Below, piece after piece: positions 37,698-48,125 of a stretch of DNA of 64,000 nt. Each line of letters starts with the position of its first letter. The first letter of the stretch is position 1. Both the position numbers and the translations under genes were made by a program. Location: contig JACPLR010000011.1 in NCBI GenBank assembly GCA_016186425.1, positions 13,206 through 77,205 of the forward strand, given 5' to 3'. The notes under the pieces were generated by a model. That model was not told where the DNA came from. It saw only the letters and a list, made by a program, of their open reading frames with translations, and did not search any database. Source of the stretch: Candidatus Pacearchaeota archaeon (GTDB lineage Archaea; Nanobdellota; Nanobdellia; Pacearchaeales; GW2011-AR1).

Positions 37698-38147
37698 TTA
37701 CAATTCAACAAATTCTGTTTTTACCTGCTTTAACGATGTTATTGAAATTATTTTTGAGAAATTATATTTCTTAATTGCATGTTTTGTCCATTCATAATAT
37801 TCGTCAATATCTTTTGTTCTTAGTTTTATCAACAATTCATAATCTCCAGTACATATATCAATACTTTCAACTTTTGGATCTTTTGCTATATCTTTGCAAA
37901 TAGATTCTGGATTTCCATAATTTTCTTCTGTGAGATTTACAAGTATGTATGTGCAGTGGCCTTCATTTATTTTTTTATAGTCAAATACTGCTTTATATGA
38001 CTTGATTGCCCCCTCTTTTTCCAATCTTTTTATGTTGTAATGAATTGTTGTTGCCGGTTCTTTGATCTTTTTGGCTATTCTTGCTATTTGCGGAGTGCAG
38101 TATCCTTGCTTGAACAATCCAATTATTCTTGGTTCTATGTTTTTCAT
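37698..38147 (-). CDS. Lrp/AsnC-family transcriptional regulator
   Basis: N-terminal HTH (TPQIARIAKKIKEPATTIHYNIKRLEKEGAI) followed by a RAM domain pattern. Confidence 0.75.
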   Translation of the reverse strand: MKNIEPRIIGLFKQGYCTPQIARIAKKIKEPATTIHYNIKRLEKEGAIKSYKAVFDYKKINEGHCTYILVNLTEENYGNPESICKDIAKDPKVESIDICTGDYELLIKLRTKDIDEYYEWTKHAIKKYNFSKIISITSLKQVKTEFVEL

Positions 38148-38257
38148 TTTTTGATATTTTATTAAAATTGAATAATATTCAACTATTTATATATTTTTCG
38201 GTTAATATTTGAATAATCTACAATTAAGTATATTAAGGTAAGGTTTCATTAAGTTAT

Positions 38258-38521
38258 ATGAAAAATCAAGAATTAATACAAATGAGAAATGAAATAGATT
38301 TAATAGATGGAACTTTAATGCCCCTGTTAAATAGAAGAGCAGACATAGCTAAAGCTATTGTTGAGATAAAAATTAAAGAAGGTATGCCTGTTTTTAATAG
38401 GGAAAGAGAAAATGAAATTCTTTCAAAAACTAATAAATTTGGTAACTTTAAGTTTGTAAAGTCTGTTTTTCTAAAAATACTCGAAGAATCAAAGCAAATT
38501 CAGGAGGAAAAATGGAAATAG
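38258..38521 (+). CDS. Chorismate mutase (AroQ class)
   Basis: LIQMRNEIDLIDGTLMPLLNRRADIAKAIVEIK matches the AroQ helix 1 pattern (R--ID-ID--l--Ll-eR---a--i---K). Confidence 0.7.
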   Translation: MKNQELIQMRNEIDLIDGTLMPLLNRRADIAKAIVEIKIKEGMPVFNRERENEILSKTNKFGNFKFVKSVFLKILEESKQIQEEKWK

Positions 38522-39237
38522 GAATAATTGGGTTTGGAAGTTTTGGAAGATTAATGGCAAAACATCTTAAATCTAAGGCAAAAGTGTTTGTTTTTGACAA
38601 TGTAAATAAAGAAAAAGAAGCAAATGAAATGGGAGTTAGTTTTATACCAATAGAAAAGGTTGCTTCTAAGCAAATTGTTATACTTGCAGTTCCTATGGAA
38701 AATATTGAAGAAGTTCTTGTTAAAATTAAAGATAGTTTGCAGAAAAATGCTCTGGTTTTTGATGTATGCTCTTTGAAAATATTTTCTTGTGAACTTATGA
38801 AGAAAATTCTTCCTGAAAGTGTGGAGATTATTGGAACACATCCTTTATTTGGACCACAGTCGGCTCCAAATTCAATTGAGGGAATGAAAATTGCGCTCTG
38901 TAATGTTCGTGTAGATAATGAAACATTTGATTTAGTTAAAGAATTTTGCAAATCTCTAGGGCTTAATGTATTTGTGACAACTCCTGAAGAACATGACCGA
39001 CAAATGGCTTTATCACAAGCATTAACTCATTTTATTGGGCAGGCTATGAAGAATGCGGATATAAAAAGAATTGAATTAAGTACAAAAACCTTTGATAAGT
39101 TAATGGATGTTGCAGAGATAATTGGGAATGATACTCCCGCATTATTTAATAATATGCAAACAATGAATCCCTTTGCTGGAGAAGTAAGGCAAAGGTTAAT
39201 GAATGAATTAAATAAAATTGATGTGGAGTTAAAATGA
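38512..39237 (+). CDS. tyrA: Prephenate dehydrogenase
   Basis: N-terminal Rossmann IGIIGFGSFGRLMAKHL and a conserved THPLFGP catalytic-His region. Overlaps the chorismate mutase stop. Confidence 0.75.
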   Translation: MEIGIIGFGSFGRLMAKHLKSKAKVFVFDNVNKEKEANEMGVSFIPIEKVASKQIVILAVPMENIEEVLVKIKDSLQKNALVFDVCSLKIFSCELMKKILPESVEIIGTHPLFGPQSAPNSIEGMKIALCNVRVDNETFDLVKEFCKSLGLNVFVTTPEEHDRQMALSQALTHFIGQAMKNADIKRIELSTKTFDKLMDVAEIIGNDTPALFNNMQTMNPFAGEVRQRLMNELNKIDVELK

Positions 39238-39491
39238 GTTCGTTTTTATTTGAAGCCCATGTTTCAGCAATAACTGATGCTTTAATTAAGGCCTTGCCTA
39301 GATTACGAAAAGAGTTTGGAGAGTCTTTGAGTCTTGAAGAAGTTACGGATACTATTGGCACTGGGATTTTAATGCATAGTTCTTTTGAAAATAGTTTAGG
39401 TGGAGGGTTAGGTATTTTAACATTATATAAACAAGCATTGGAAGAAAATAAAAATCCTCTAAATCCTCCATATTTTGGAGAGGGGATATAA
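39234..39491 (+). CDS. Hypothetical protein (85 aa), overlaps tyrA stop (ATGA)
   Basis: Translationally coupled small ORF. No family recognised. Confidence 0.35.
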   Translation: MSSFLFEAHVSAITDALIKALPRLRKEFGESLSLEEVTDTIGTGILMHSSFENSLGGGLGILTLYKQALEENKNPLNPPYFGEGI

Positions 39492-39504
39492 ATTTAGAAA
39501 ATAG

Positions 39505-42015
39505 TTAAAACTCTGCCAAACTCTTTTGATTTTTGGCTTGTTTTTCAATTAAATCATTAACATTAATATTAAAAACCTGGAAAATATTTTCAACAGCTGG
39601 AAGAACCTGATTTTTTAAATAATAATCTATATCATAAGGTTTTGTTTCATCTGGCAGAAATGCCCGATCTCGCTTAAGTGCTTTTTTATTGTCACTTTCA
39701 GCAATATAATATTCAATTAACATGCCCTGATTGACAGGCATGCCTTCTGCAAGCATTTTTCTTGCAATTGTTACATGAGGTGTTACTGCTTTGTATTCTG
39801 AAAGAGGCTTTTTCAGCTGAGTCCTGATTATTATCTTATTTTTTTCAATTTTTCTTTCTTTTATCTGCTTAATTAATTGTTTTGTAAGCTCTAAAGCTGC
39901 TTTTTCATTTCCATCTTTAAGAATTTTTTCAAGAACTTTATTCTGAAGTTCTCTGGCGAGGTTGCACCAGTCTCGCCTTACTGTTTCAAATCCTCTAATT
40001 TTTAATTTTCCTTCATGGTTTATTAAAGCATATTTCTTTTTTGCCCCAAATTCTCCTTTTCGTGTTGTAACCCAGATTCCTCTTTTGTAAAAATCCTCTA
40101 ATTCCAGTTCCATTATTCCGGGAAGCTTGGAATTTATTTTTTTAAGAAATTCAAGTGCTTGAGAATTGGTTTTTTTACCTATTTCTAAAGAAAGTGAATC
40201 TGTATCGGAATAAATCGCTTTAAAGCCCGATTTTTCAGCTTTTTCAATAACTTCTTTCATAAATTTTCTTGATATTGCTGTTGCCGATGCAGAAGCTTCT
40301 GGGCAGTAATACCTTGCTCCAAAAAAACCCTGATATCCATAAGAAGCATTTGCAATAAGCTTGAAGGCGTTGCTTCTTGCTTTTAATATTGGCGAAGGAT
40401 GCGATTTATATTCGACCTTATACTGCTTTCTTAATTTAATCACTTCTTCAAGCATCTGCGGGAAAAATCCCTTTTCTTTTGTGAAGAAATATTTATTCTT
40501 GCCTGTATCTACTTCCAAAGCATTTTTACCTTTATCTTTTATTAGCTTATCTGACTTTTCACCTAGAAAAGTTGATCTTGATAAATTAAATGTTGAAATA
40601 ATACTCGGCCAGTAACTTGTAAAGTCAAACATTACAATATTCTCATAGAGTTTTGGTATTGGCTGTAAAACAAATGCTCCCTCATATTTTTCCCTTGATC
40701 TTCGTTGAGAAATTTCATCGTGCAACGGCTTTCTTTCAGCTATTTCATTATATTTATATAAATTATGAATAATGTAATGCTCAACATTTGCTGACATGCC
40801 GTCTCTTGAAATATTAAATAAAGGTTCTTGCATTAACTTTGAGAATTCTACCATATCTGGCCAGGATTTCATAAATAACTTATATGTAAGAACAGCATCC
40901 TGAAGGTTATATTCAAAAAAATTCCTCCATTCTTCCTCTTTCATTTTCTCACTTCTCTTGAATTCATGAACGACTTTTTTCTCTCCAAGAAGTTCGTTTG
41001 CAACATCTCCTAAACCCAGGGTTTCTGATTGTAAATATTGAGAATAGGCTGTTTCAATAAATTGGTATAAGTCAATATGAGTAATTCCAGATATTCTTCC
41101 TTTTGGATTTACTCCTCCTGAGAATTTTGGAATTGAATTATCAATTCCAAGGCTTAATTTGATTTTTAGCTTTTCACAGCGGGATTTTAAATAAGGAAGA
41201 TCAAAACCGTCTGAAAAATACCCCGTTAAAACATCTGGATTTACTTTCTTGAAATATTTTATAAAATCTTCAATCATGTCAGTTTCATTGCTATAACACT
41301 CAACATAATCTGGCATTGAAGGTATTTTCTTGCATGTTAAAACTTTTTTAAATCCTTCACTAACAAGAGAAATCATCAAGATTTTTCCTTTGCCAATTTC
41401 GAAATCATCTGTTTCAAGGTCAAATGCCAGGATTTTTGGAATAAATAATTTTTCATTTGTTTTTTCACTTTCAAGTTTTGTTATTTTTTCAGCTTTAATA
41501 ATAATATCAGCATCTAAGCCACTACCTATACTTCCAAACTCACCAGAATTGCTTATTTCCTCACCTTCTAATTTATACCAGTAGCTTGGAATAAGCTGTT
41601 TTTCCATAATATACCTAGTTATATAATTAATATCTAGTTCTCTTATTTTTTCTATTTCCTTATCATATTCTTTGGATATTTTTTCAGATAACTTTCCGGC
41701 ATCTTTATGGTTTGAAATAAATATTTTTATTACCTTGATTTCTTTGCCTAGAAATTTTTTGCTTTTTATTTCTGTTTTAATAACTTTCGCTGGGCGAGAA
41801 TCATCTTTTATAGTTATTTCAAGCAATTCTTTCGCTACTTCCTCTGCTTTTTTATCACTTATTTTTTCCTTTAAAATTGCCCAGAAATAAACATCGCATT
41901 TGTCAATTACTACAGCTCTTTTCTCTTGTGATGTCTTGCCAGTTACCTTTATATAATTCCTGCCTTCAAAGTCAAATGAGTCGTAATCTATGGGCATGAA
42001 GTCTATTACTACCAT
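39505..42015 (-). CDS. polB: DNA polymerase, family B
   Basis: Exonuclease motifs FDLET (Exo I) and YFSDGFDLPY (Exo II region). Polymerase motifs FDFTSYWPSII (motif A, DxxSLYPS) and YSDTDSL (motif C, YGDTDS). KKKY motif is present. Confidence 0.9.
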   Translation of the reverse strand: MVVIDFMPIDYDSFDFEGRNYIKVTGKTSQEKRAVVIDKCDVYFWAILKEKISDKKAEEVAKELLEITIKDDSRPAKVIKTEIKSKKFLGKEIKVIKIFISNHKDAGKLSEKISKEYDKEIEKIRELDINYITRYIMEKQLIPSYWYKLEGEEISNSGEFGSIGSGLDADIIIKAEKITKLESEKTNEKLFIPKILAFDLETDDFEIGKGKILMISLVSEGFKKVLTCKKIPSMPDYVECYSNETDMIEDFIKYFKKVNPDVLTGYFSDGFDLPYLKSRCEKLKIKLSLGIDNSIPKFSGGVNPKGRISGITHIDLYQFIETAYSQYLQSETLGLGDVANELLGEKKVVHEFKRSEKMKEEEWRNFFEYNLQDAVLTYKLFMKSWPDMVEFSKLMQEPLFNISRDGMSANVEHYIIHNLYKYNEIAERKPLHDEISQRRSREKYEGAFVLQPIPKLYENIVMFDFTSYWPSIISTFNLSRSTFLGEKSDKLIKDKGKNALEVDTGKNKYFFTKEKGFFPQMLEEVIKLRKQYKVEYKSHPSPILKARSNAFKLIANASYGYQGFFGARYYCPEASASATAISRKFMKEVIEKAEKSGFKAIYSDTDSLSLEIGKKTNSQALEFLKKINSKLPGIMELELEDFYKRGIWVTTRKGEFGAKKKYALINHEGKLKIRGFETVRRDWCNLARELQNKVLEKILKDGNEKAALELTKQLIKQIKERKIEKNKIIIRTQLKKPLSEYKAVTPHVTIARKMLAEGMPVNQGMLIEYYIAESDNKKALKRDRAFLPDETKPYDIDYYLKNQVLPAVENIFQVFNINVNDLIEKQAKNQKSLAEF

Positions 42016-42056
42016 GATAATAAGAAAGAAATAAGAATATTAAAAGGTTCTGATGT

Positions 42057-42455
42057 TTATACTTTTCCTTCTAATCTTTGCTTAGCTCTTGAAACATATT
42101 GTTCAATTGCACTTACATTTGTTCTTTTTCTTTCATCAATACCTGATTTAGAACAAACATAATCTGATATATCTGGAAAATACCCTTTTTCTGTTTTTAA
42201 TTCAGCCTCTCTAAATTCTGGAAATGTATCCATTAACCTAAAATAAGTTTTAATTAACTCGTATGTATTACAAAACCCCTCTCTCCATTCTCTTTGGTTA
42301 GGATTGTCAGAAGCCATGCCTCTAAAACCATTTAATCCTACAATTAAATTTGCAGCAATATCTCTAAACTTGCTAGAACCTGTAGCTTCTTTTTCTACTT
42401 CTTCCCATTTCTTTATATATTTTTGATATACTTTTTGGTATAAGTCCGTTATCAT
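42057..42455 (-). CDS. Hypothetical protein (132 aa)
   Basis: Clean ORF divergent from the next gene. Composition (R/E/Y/Q) is atypical of the locus. Confidence 0.4.
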   Translation of the reverse strand: MITDLYQKVYQKYIKKWEEVEKEATGSSKFRDIAANLIVGLNGFRGMASDNPNQREWREGFCNTYELIKTYFRLMDTFPEFREAELKTEKGYFPDISDYVCSKSGIDERKRTNVSAIEQYVSRAKQRLEGKV

Positions 42456-42556
42456 TTAGATAAATTATAGTAGAGGTTTTTAAACCTTTCTCCATTAGTT
42501 ATTATATAGTAGTTACATATAGAAAGGTTTAAAAATGGGAAAATACTTGAGAGAAT

Positions 42557-43192
42557 ATGGTATCCAGACAGCAAAAAAAGGAAATGCAGGAATATATTGC
42601 TTCAGCATTAGAAGGTTCTAGTTCTTATATAGAACCAAGAAATAGAATTATTTCAGGAATTAATTCGAATTATATTTTAATTGGTGAAGGTGCAACTAAA
42701 GGTTTAGTAGTTATGGTTGATCAACCTTATCCTAATCAAGCTTTAGAGGAGTTTTATAATAAAGCATTGAACCAGAGGTTGAATCCTGCTTTTGTTTTTT
42801 TTAAAGACGGAAAAACATTTTTCAGAAGTGCTATGGCCGGCAAGGATGCAACAGGGATAAAGTCTAAAAGACGTAAACAAAAAGATGAATTAGGCTTAAA
42901 AGAATATTCTAATGAAGAATTAAGAAGGATGATTTCATTCAGGCCTGAAGAAGAATTTGCCAAGTCTGTTCAACCTTTTGTTCAATATTATCAGCCTGAA
43001 TCTGATAGGCTTGAACAAGGCATTGTTTCTTATAAATTTGAACCAGTTGTTTTTGATTACAGCCATATCCCTCCTAAAGAAAGGTGGTATACATCAGAAC
43101 AAGATGAATCAACAAAATTAAGAATTTGGACAGATAGAAATTTTAATTCAGGAAAATTAAAATTAGAAGAGGGATTATTGGTTTCTGCTTAA
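42557..43192 (+). CDS. Hypothetical protein (211 aa)
   Basis: Clean ORF. No family recognised. Confidence 0.45.
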   Translation: MVSRQQKKEMQEYIASALEGSSSYIEPRNRIISGINSNYILIGEGATKGLVVMVDQPYPNQALEEFYNKALNQRLNPAFVFFKDGKTFFRSAMAGKDATGIKSKRRKQKDELGLKEYSNEELRRMISFRPEEEFAKSVQPFVQYYQPESDRLEQGIVSYKFEPVVFDYSHIPPKERWYTSEQDESTKLRIWTDRNFNSGKLKLEEGLLVSA

Positions 43193-43350
43193 TTATTTTT
43201 TAAAATATATAATATAAAATTTTTCTTTTAGGAAAAATTTTGCATGATTTATTAGATATTTAATTTAGGTTTAATAATTGTAACTTTTATTTTTCCAGTT
43301 AATTATTTATACTATTCTTTACTTAAACTTCTATATAAAATTATAGAAAA

Positions 43351-44355
43351 ATGGGACTAAACATACGAGATATCGTGCCGAGAAGGCAACTTGAACACGG
43401 AGAATTAAAAGGAAAAGTAGTAGCTGTTGATGCATTTAATGCTCTTTACCAATTTTTAAGTTCTATAAGGCAGTATGATGGAACTCCTTTGCAGGATTCA
43501 AAAGGGAGAATAACAAGCCATCTTTCTGGATTGTTTTACAGAAATGTTGCTTTATTGTCTGAAGGAATAAGATTAGTATATGTTTTTGATGGAAAGCCTC
43601 CTGAAATGAAAGCTGGAACAAACCAAGGAAGAATTGAGAGAAAAGATATTGCAAATGAAAAATATAAAGAAGCAAAAGAGAAAGAAGATTACGAGGCAAT
43701 GAAGAAATACAGCCAGCAAAATATAAGACTTAGTACAGAAATGATTGAAGAAAGCAAAGAATTGCTGATGGCAATGGGAATTGCTGTTGTTCAGTCGCCT
43801 AGCGAGGGTGAAGCACAAGCGTCTTATTTCGTAAAGAATAAAGAGGTTTATGCTGTTGCTTCGCAGGATTATGATTGCTTGTTATTTGGAGCGCCAAGAT
43901 TAATCCAAAATTTGACGCTGTCAAGAAAAAGAAAAACAGTTTCCGGATATGTTGAGATTTTTCCAGAGATTATTGAATTAGAAAAAGTTCTTAATAGCTT
44001 GCAAGTAAATCATGATCAGCTGATTTCTCTTGGCATTTTAGTTGGAACTGATTATAATCCTGGAGGTATTCACGGAATTGGCCAGAAAAAAGCCCTTCAG
44101 CTGGTGCAGAAATTCAAACAGCCCGCCTTGATTTTCAAGCAGTATGAGGAACTTGATTCGGAATGGAAGAAGATTTTTGAGATGTTTAAGAAACCTAGCG
44201 TTGATAAAAATGCAGAAATTAATTTTCCAAAGATAAATGAAGAGAAAATAAAAGAGATTCTTTTAGAGCACGAATTTTCAGAAGAGAGAATTAGCAACAG
44301 TCTTGAGAAATTGAAAGAGGCTAAGGAAAAAGGAAGCCAGAAGACGCTTTTCTGA
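43351..44355 (+). CDS. fen: Flap endonuclease 1 (FEN-1)
   Basis: XPG-N (MGLNIRDIVPRR..., DAFNALYQFL) and XPG-I regions (SPSEGEAQASY, ASQDYDCLLFGAP). H3TH region GIGQKKA. Confidence 0.9.
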   Translation: MGLNIRDIVPRRQLEHGELKGKVVAVDAFNALYQFLSSIRQYDGTPLQDSKGRITSHLSGLFYRNVALLSEGIRLVYVFDGKPPEMKAGTNQGRIERKDIANEKYKEAKEKEDYEAMKKYSQQNIRLSTEMIEESKELLMAMGIAVVQSPSEGEAQASYFVKNKEVYAVASQDYDCLLFGAPRLIQNLTLSRKRKTVSGYVEIFPEIIELEKVLNSLQVNHDQLISLGILVGTDYNPGGIHGIGQKKALQLVQKFKQPALIFKQYEELDSEWKKIFEMFKKPSVDKNAEINFPKINEEKIKEILLEHEFSEERISNSLEKLKEAKEKGSQKTLF

Positions 44356-44423
44356 AAATATTACAATAATTTTACCCGATTTTTAAGTTAAATTAGATAT
44401 GTTAAAATTACAAGTCTCTATAG

Positions 44424-44517
44424 CTTACTCATTTAAATAATGGAGGGAGATGGGATGATTTCAGATAAGGTTTTGAAAATAAGTAATCTAAAATTTTTCT
44501 ATGTAAAAAATTTATGC
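44424..44517 (+). repeat. A-type repeat copy
   Basis: cttactcatttaaataatggagggagatgggatgatttcagataaggttttgaaaataagtaatctaaaatttttctatgtaaaaaatttatgc. Confidence 0.8.
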
Positions 44518-44607
44518 CTAATTTAGAGCTTAAGTTATTATTGATCTCTATTCTGTTATGTATATTACTTACGATTTAATTCTTTATAATTAACTAAACT
44601 TTATATA

Positions 44608-45408
44608 TTGGTTTTTACTATTTATTTTATGATTCCAAAAAGCTTTGATGTGCTAGGAAATATTGCAATTCTTAAGTTTCCTGAAGAAACTAGAAAAAGT
44701 GAAAAATTAAAATCTGCAAAGCAGATATTAAAAGTGCATAAAAGCATTACCACTGTTTTGGAAAAATCTGATAAAATTAAAGGAAGATTAAGGACATTTA
44801 AGACAACTTATCTTGCTGGGATTAAAACAAAAATAGCTTCTTATGTTGAGAATGGATGCAGATTCAGGTTTGATGTTGAAAAAACATATTTTTCTCCGAG
44901 GTTAAGCAATGAGAGAAATCAGCTGGCAAAGAAAATAAAGAAAAATGAAAAAGTCTTGGTTTTGTTTGCAGGTGTTGCACCATTTGCTATAGTTATTGCA
45001 AAACTGGCAAAGCCGGAAATAGTTTATAGTGTTGAAATTAATAAAAATGCCAGTAAATGTGCTGAAGAAAATGTCAAACTGAATAAGTTGCAGAATATTA
45101 GGGTTATTCAGGGAGATTCTAAGAAAGTTATTCCAAAGTTGGTTAAGCAAGGAATTAAATTTGACAGAATAGTCATGCCAAGAGCTCAATTAAAAGAAAC
45201 TTTTTTGACTTTTGCCTTGAAAGTTATTAAAAAAAATGGAATAATTAATTATTACGGGTTTGGAAAGCAAGAAAGCGAGATATTAGATGAAATTGAGAGA
45301 GATGTTAAGAAGGCTGGGAAGAAAATTAAAATAATAAATATTAAAAAAGCCGGGAATATTGCTCCTTATAAGTATCGCTGGAGAGTGGATTTTAAGGTTT
45401 TGAATTAA
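44608..45408 (+). CDS. trm5: tRNA (guanine37-N1)-methyltransferase Trm5/Taw2-like class I SAM methyltransferase
   Basis: N-terminal SFDVLGNIAIL (Trm5 FDvIGdIaIv pattern), SAM motif VLVLFAGVAPFAI and NLPK-like region. Confidence 0.7.
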   Translation: MVFTIYFMIPKSFDVLGNIAILKFPEETRKSEKLKSAKQILKVHKSITTVLEKSDKIKGRLRTFKTTYLAGIKTKIASYVENGCRFRFDVEKTYFSPRLSNERNQLAKKIKKNEKVLVLFAGVAPFAIVIAKLAKPEIVYSVEINKNASKCAEENVKLNKLQNIRVIQGDSKKVIPKLVKQGIKFDRIVMPRAQLKETFLTFALKVIKKNGIINYYGFGKQESEILDEIERDVKKAGKKIKIINIKKAGNIAPYKYRWRVDFKVLN

Positions 45409-45432
45409 AATTCAGTCAATAAAAAGAAATAA

Positions 45433-45531
45433 AGTAGTTCTAGCGAAAAAATAAGTTAAAGGTATTAATGTATTTCAAAAAGTTTTTGAATCAATATAAG
45501 ACTAAATTTCTCTTTTGGGAGAAATTTAAAC
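45433..45531 (+). repeat. A-type repeat copy (loop variant ttttggga)
   Basis: agtagttctagcgaaaaaataagttaaaggtattaatgtatttcaaaaagtttttgaatcaatataagactaaatttctcttttgggagaaatttaaac. Confidence 0.75.
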
Positions 45532-45664
45532 TTAGTTATTGGCTGGTTAAGCTAAGCAGTTTTATTAATCTTATAATCTATTATCAACTACTTTTTCTAA
45601 TGATTTTACAACAAATATATTTAAAAACATCTTTAATTTTCTGCTATTCTACTGAATTATTAAA

Positions 45665-47698
45665 ATGCAATTTGAAGATATTAAAAAAGAAAGTGATAAA
45701 ACTGAAAAGAGCCAGCTGAAATTTAATGCTGACGGAAGCATTGATTTGCCGGATAGTGTTAAGGAAGATTTGGAAAAACAGAAAAAAGAGATGAAGGAAC
45801 TGGATATCTGGGATGACTTAGATGAAAATACTGGAGATGAGGAAAAAGAATATAATTTAAACGATAATGTCTCCGGATTTAATCTTTATTCACAAAATTC
45901 AAGGCTTAATCCTTTGATGTTTTCAAACAATAAAACACAGGAAGATGTTGTTAGTGAAGTTATGGATCTTATTCAAAAGGGGAAGAGAGTCATTTTTATT
46001 AAAGGTGTGTGTGGTACGGGCAAGTCAGCTATTGCGTTGAATCTTGCAAAAAAATTAGGAAGGGCAAGCATTATTGTTCCTGGCAAGGCTTTGCAGAAGC
46101 AATATATGGAGGATTATTCAAAGCAAAAATATGTTTTGAAAGATGACCATAAAAAACTAAAAATAAAAGTGATTACAGGAAGGAATAATCATCCTTGCTT
46201 GTATAAAAAGGGAGTTAGCGCTGATGATTCTGAACTGCCGTGTAAAATTGAAATAAACGAGAAAAATCTGGAAAAATTAAAAGAATATTTAAAAGAGAAT
46301 CCGAGAATAAAAAAAGATTTGGCGTTGAAAAATATAAGAAGAATATCTATTGCTCCTGTTTGCCCGTATTGGTCTCCAATTATTCCTTATGAGATGGATT
46401 ATCCTTTGGAAGCTGAGAAAAGGGAATATAGGGGATTGAGAGGAAGAAGATTTAGAATTTATAACAGAGAAAATGGATGCAGATATTATAATCAGTTTAA
46501 TTCTTACCTGGATTCAGAGGTAATTGTTTTTAATTCCATGAAATACAAGCTAGAAATGCTTATGAACCGCAAGCCGGCTACGGATGTTGAAATAATTGAC
46601 GAATGTGACGAATTTCTTGATAGTTTTGCAAATATAAACAGAATTAACCTCACAAGACTTTTAAATACTCTAATAAAACTTTATATTGATGATGACAGGG
46701 CTGAATTTGTAATTAAAAAATTGCTGGATTCTGTGAATAAAATTTTAAACGATGATTATACTGGAGAACTTATACTCAGAAATGATATAACTGAAATTAA
46801 AAAGACAGAAATTTATAATATCCTAAAGATTTTTTCAGATTATAAAGATATTTTCGAATTAGTTGATGAAGAAAATTACTGCTTAACTGTTTTGGAGACT
46901 GCCCTGGAATTTGAAGATCTGATTGATGAGGCATTTGTAAAGCTTTATCATAGTGAGAGAGGTTTGATTGCTGAAGTAGCTGCAACAAACCTTGCAAAAA
47001 AGTTTTTTGAAATGCTGGATAAAAATAAAATACTAATTTTAATGTCCGGGACAATCCACTCTCCGAGTGTTTTAAGAGACATTTTCGGAATTAAAGATTT
47101 TGAAGTAGTGGATGCTGAAGTTTTAACTCAGGGGAAAATTGAAGTTAAGAATACAGGCTTTGAAATAGATTGCAGGTATGAAAATTTTAAAAACGGCAAA
47201 GCAACCAGAGAAAATTATTTAATTGCATTAAATAAAGCTGTTGAACAGGCTGTAAAGCCTATTCTTGTTCATGTAAATTCTTTTAACGATCTTCCTTCTT
47301 ATGAAGAGAAATTTAAATATGGTTTAATCGAATTAATCACGGGACAGCAGCTTAAAGATACTCAATGGGAAGATAAGGAAAATAAGGAGGTAGAGAAATT
47401 TAAAAGCGGAAAAATCAGTGTTTTATTCACAACTAAATGCAATCGTGGAGCTGATTTTCCCGGAGATCAGTGCAGAAGCGTGATTTTCACAAAATATCCT
47501 AACCCTGATGTAGATTCAATATTCTGGAAAATTCTTAATAAAACACACAAGCATTATTACTGGGAGTTTTACAAGGACAAAGCAAAAAGAGAATTCTTGC
47601 AGAGAGTTTATCGTGGAGTTAGAAGCAAAGATGACTGGGTTTATGTTTTATCTCCCGATAAAAGAGTTTTGGATGCTGTTAAGACAATGAATGTTTAA
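45665..47698 (+). CDS. Rad3/XPD-like superfamily-2 DNA helicase with 4-Cys (Fe-S-like) insertion
   Basis: Walker A GVCGTGKSAIAL, four Cys between motif Ia and II (HPC...LPC...VCPYW...GCRYY), DExD-like IIDECDEF and motif VI-like QRVYRGVRS. The acidic N-terminal ~100 aa is atypical. Confidence 0.55.
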   Translation: MQFEDIKKESDKTEKSQLKFNADGSIDLPDSVKEDLEKQKKEMKELDIWDDLDENTGDEEKEYNLNDNVSGFNLYSQNSRLNPLMFSNNKTQEDVVSEVMDLIQKGKRVIFIKGVCGTGKSAIALNLAKKLGRASIIVPGKALQKQYMEDYSKQKYVLKDDHKKLKIKVITGRNNHPCLYKKGVSADDSELPCKIEINEKNLEKLKEYLKENPRIKKDLALKNIRRISIAPVCPYWSPIIPYEMDYPLEAEKREYRGLRGRRFRIYNRENGCRYYNQFNSYLDSEVIVFNSMKYKLEMLMNRKPATDVEIIDECDEFLDSFANINRINLTRLLNTLIKLYIDDDRAEFVIKKLLDSVNKILNDDYTGELILRNDITEIKKTEIYNILKIFSDYKDIFELVDEENYCLTVLETALEFEDLIDEAFVKLYHSERGLIAEVAATNLAKKFFEMLDKNKILILMSGTIHSPSVLRDIFGIKDFEVVDAEVLTQGKIEVKNTGFEIDCRYENFKNGKATRENYLIALNKAVEQAVKPILVHVNSFNDLPSYEEKFKYGLIELITGQQLKDTQWEDKENKEVEKFKSGKISVLFTTKCNRGADFPGDQCRSVIFTKYPNPDVDSIFWKILNKTHKHYYWEFYKDKAKREFLQRVYRGVRSKDDWVYVLSPDKRVLDAVKTMNV

Positions 47699-47825
47699 TA
47701 AAAAATTTAAAATTTTATAAATACCCCGGTATATTTTATACCTCTTTTTGGTATAAAACTTACCATAAATAATTTATAGTATATAATCTATAAAAAAATA
47801 TTAAAGCTTAATATATCTAGTGTGA

Positions 47826-47945
47826 AAATCGGGGAAGAATATGGTTATATTTCAAAATTATTCTTGAATCAACACTATACTAAATAATAAAGACAATCAA
47901 TGGTTTTCTTTATCAAACTTTCCTTTTATTAGGAGAAATTTAACA
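47826..47945 (+). repeat. Composite repeat: A-type leader + hairpin 1, reverse B-type module, then hairpin-2-like end (ttttattaggagaaatttaac)
   Basis: aaatcggggaagaatatggttatatttcaaaattattcttgaatcaacactatactaaataataaagacaatcaatggttttctttatcaaactttccttttattaggagaaatttaac. Confidence 0.8.
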
Positions 47946-48125
47946 TAATTTCAAGTAGTCACTAGTTTCTTAAGGTAAATGAGGTGTTTTGATAACTTAT
48001 AGTTTTTATATATTTTTGTAAAAAGAGATTTCATAAAGAGAATTATAAATTCTTTTTATTTTATATATCATAATATTTATATACTATACTGCCAATATTT
48101 GAATATAAAAAGAGAATAAAAGAGG

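Noticed and set aside
38448-38951. Minus-strand ORFs 38448..38951 and 38551..38841
   Set aside because: They are antisense to chorismate mutase and prephenate dehydrogenase, both of which have clear motifs.
45468-45719. 83-aa ORF spanning the A-type repeat at 45.5 kb
   Set aside because: It starts inside the repeat leader (ATG of the repeat mini-ORF) and reads through conserved repeat modules. It overlaps the helicase start. It is most likely not a protein gene.
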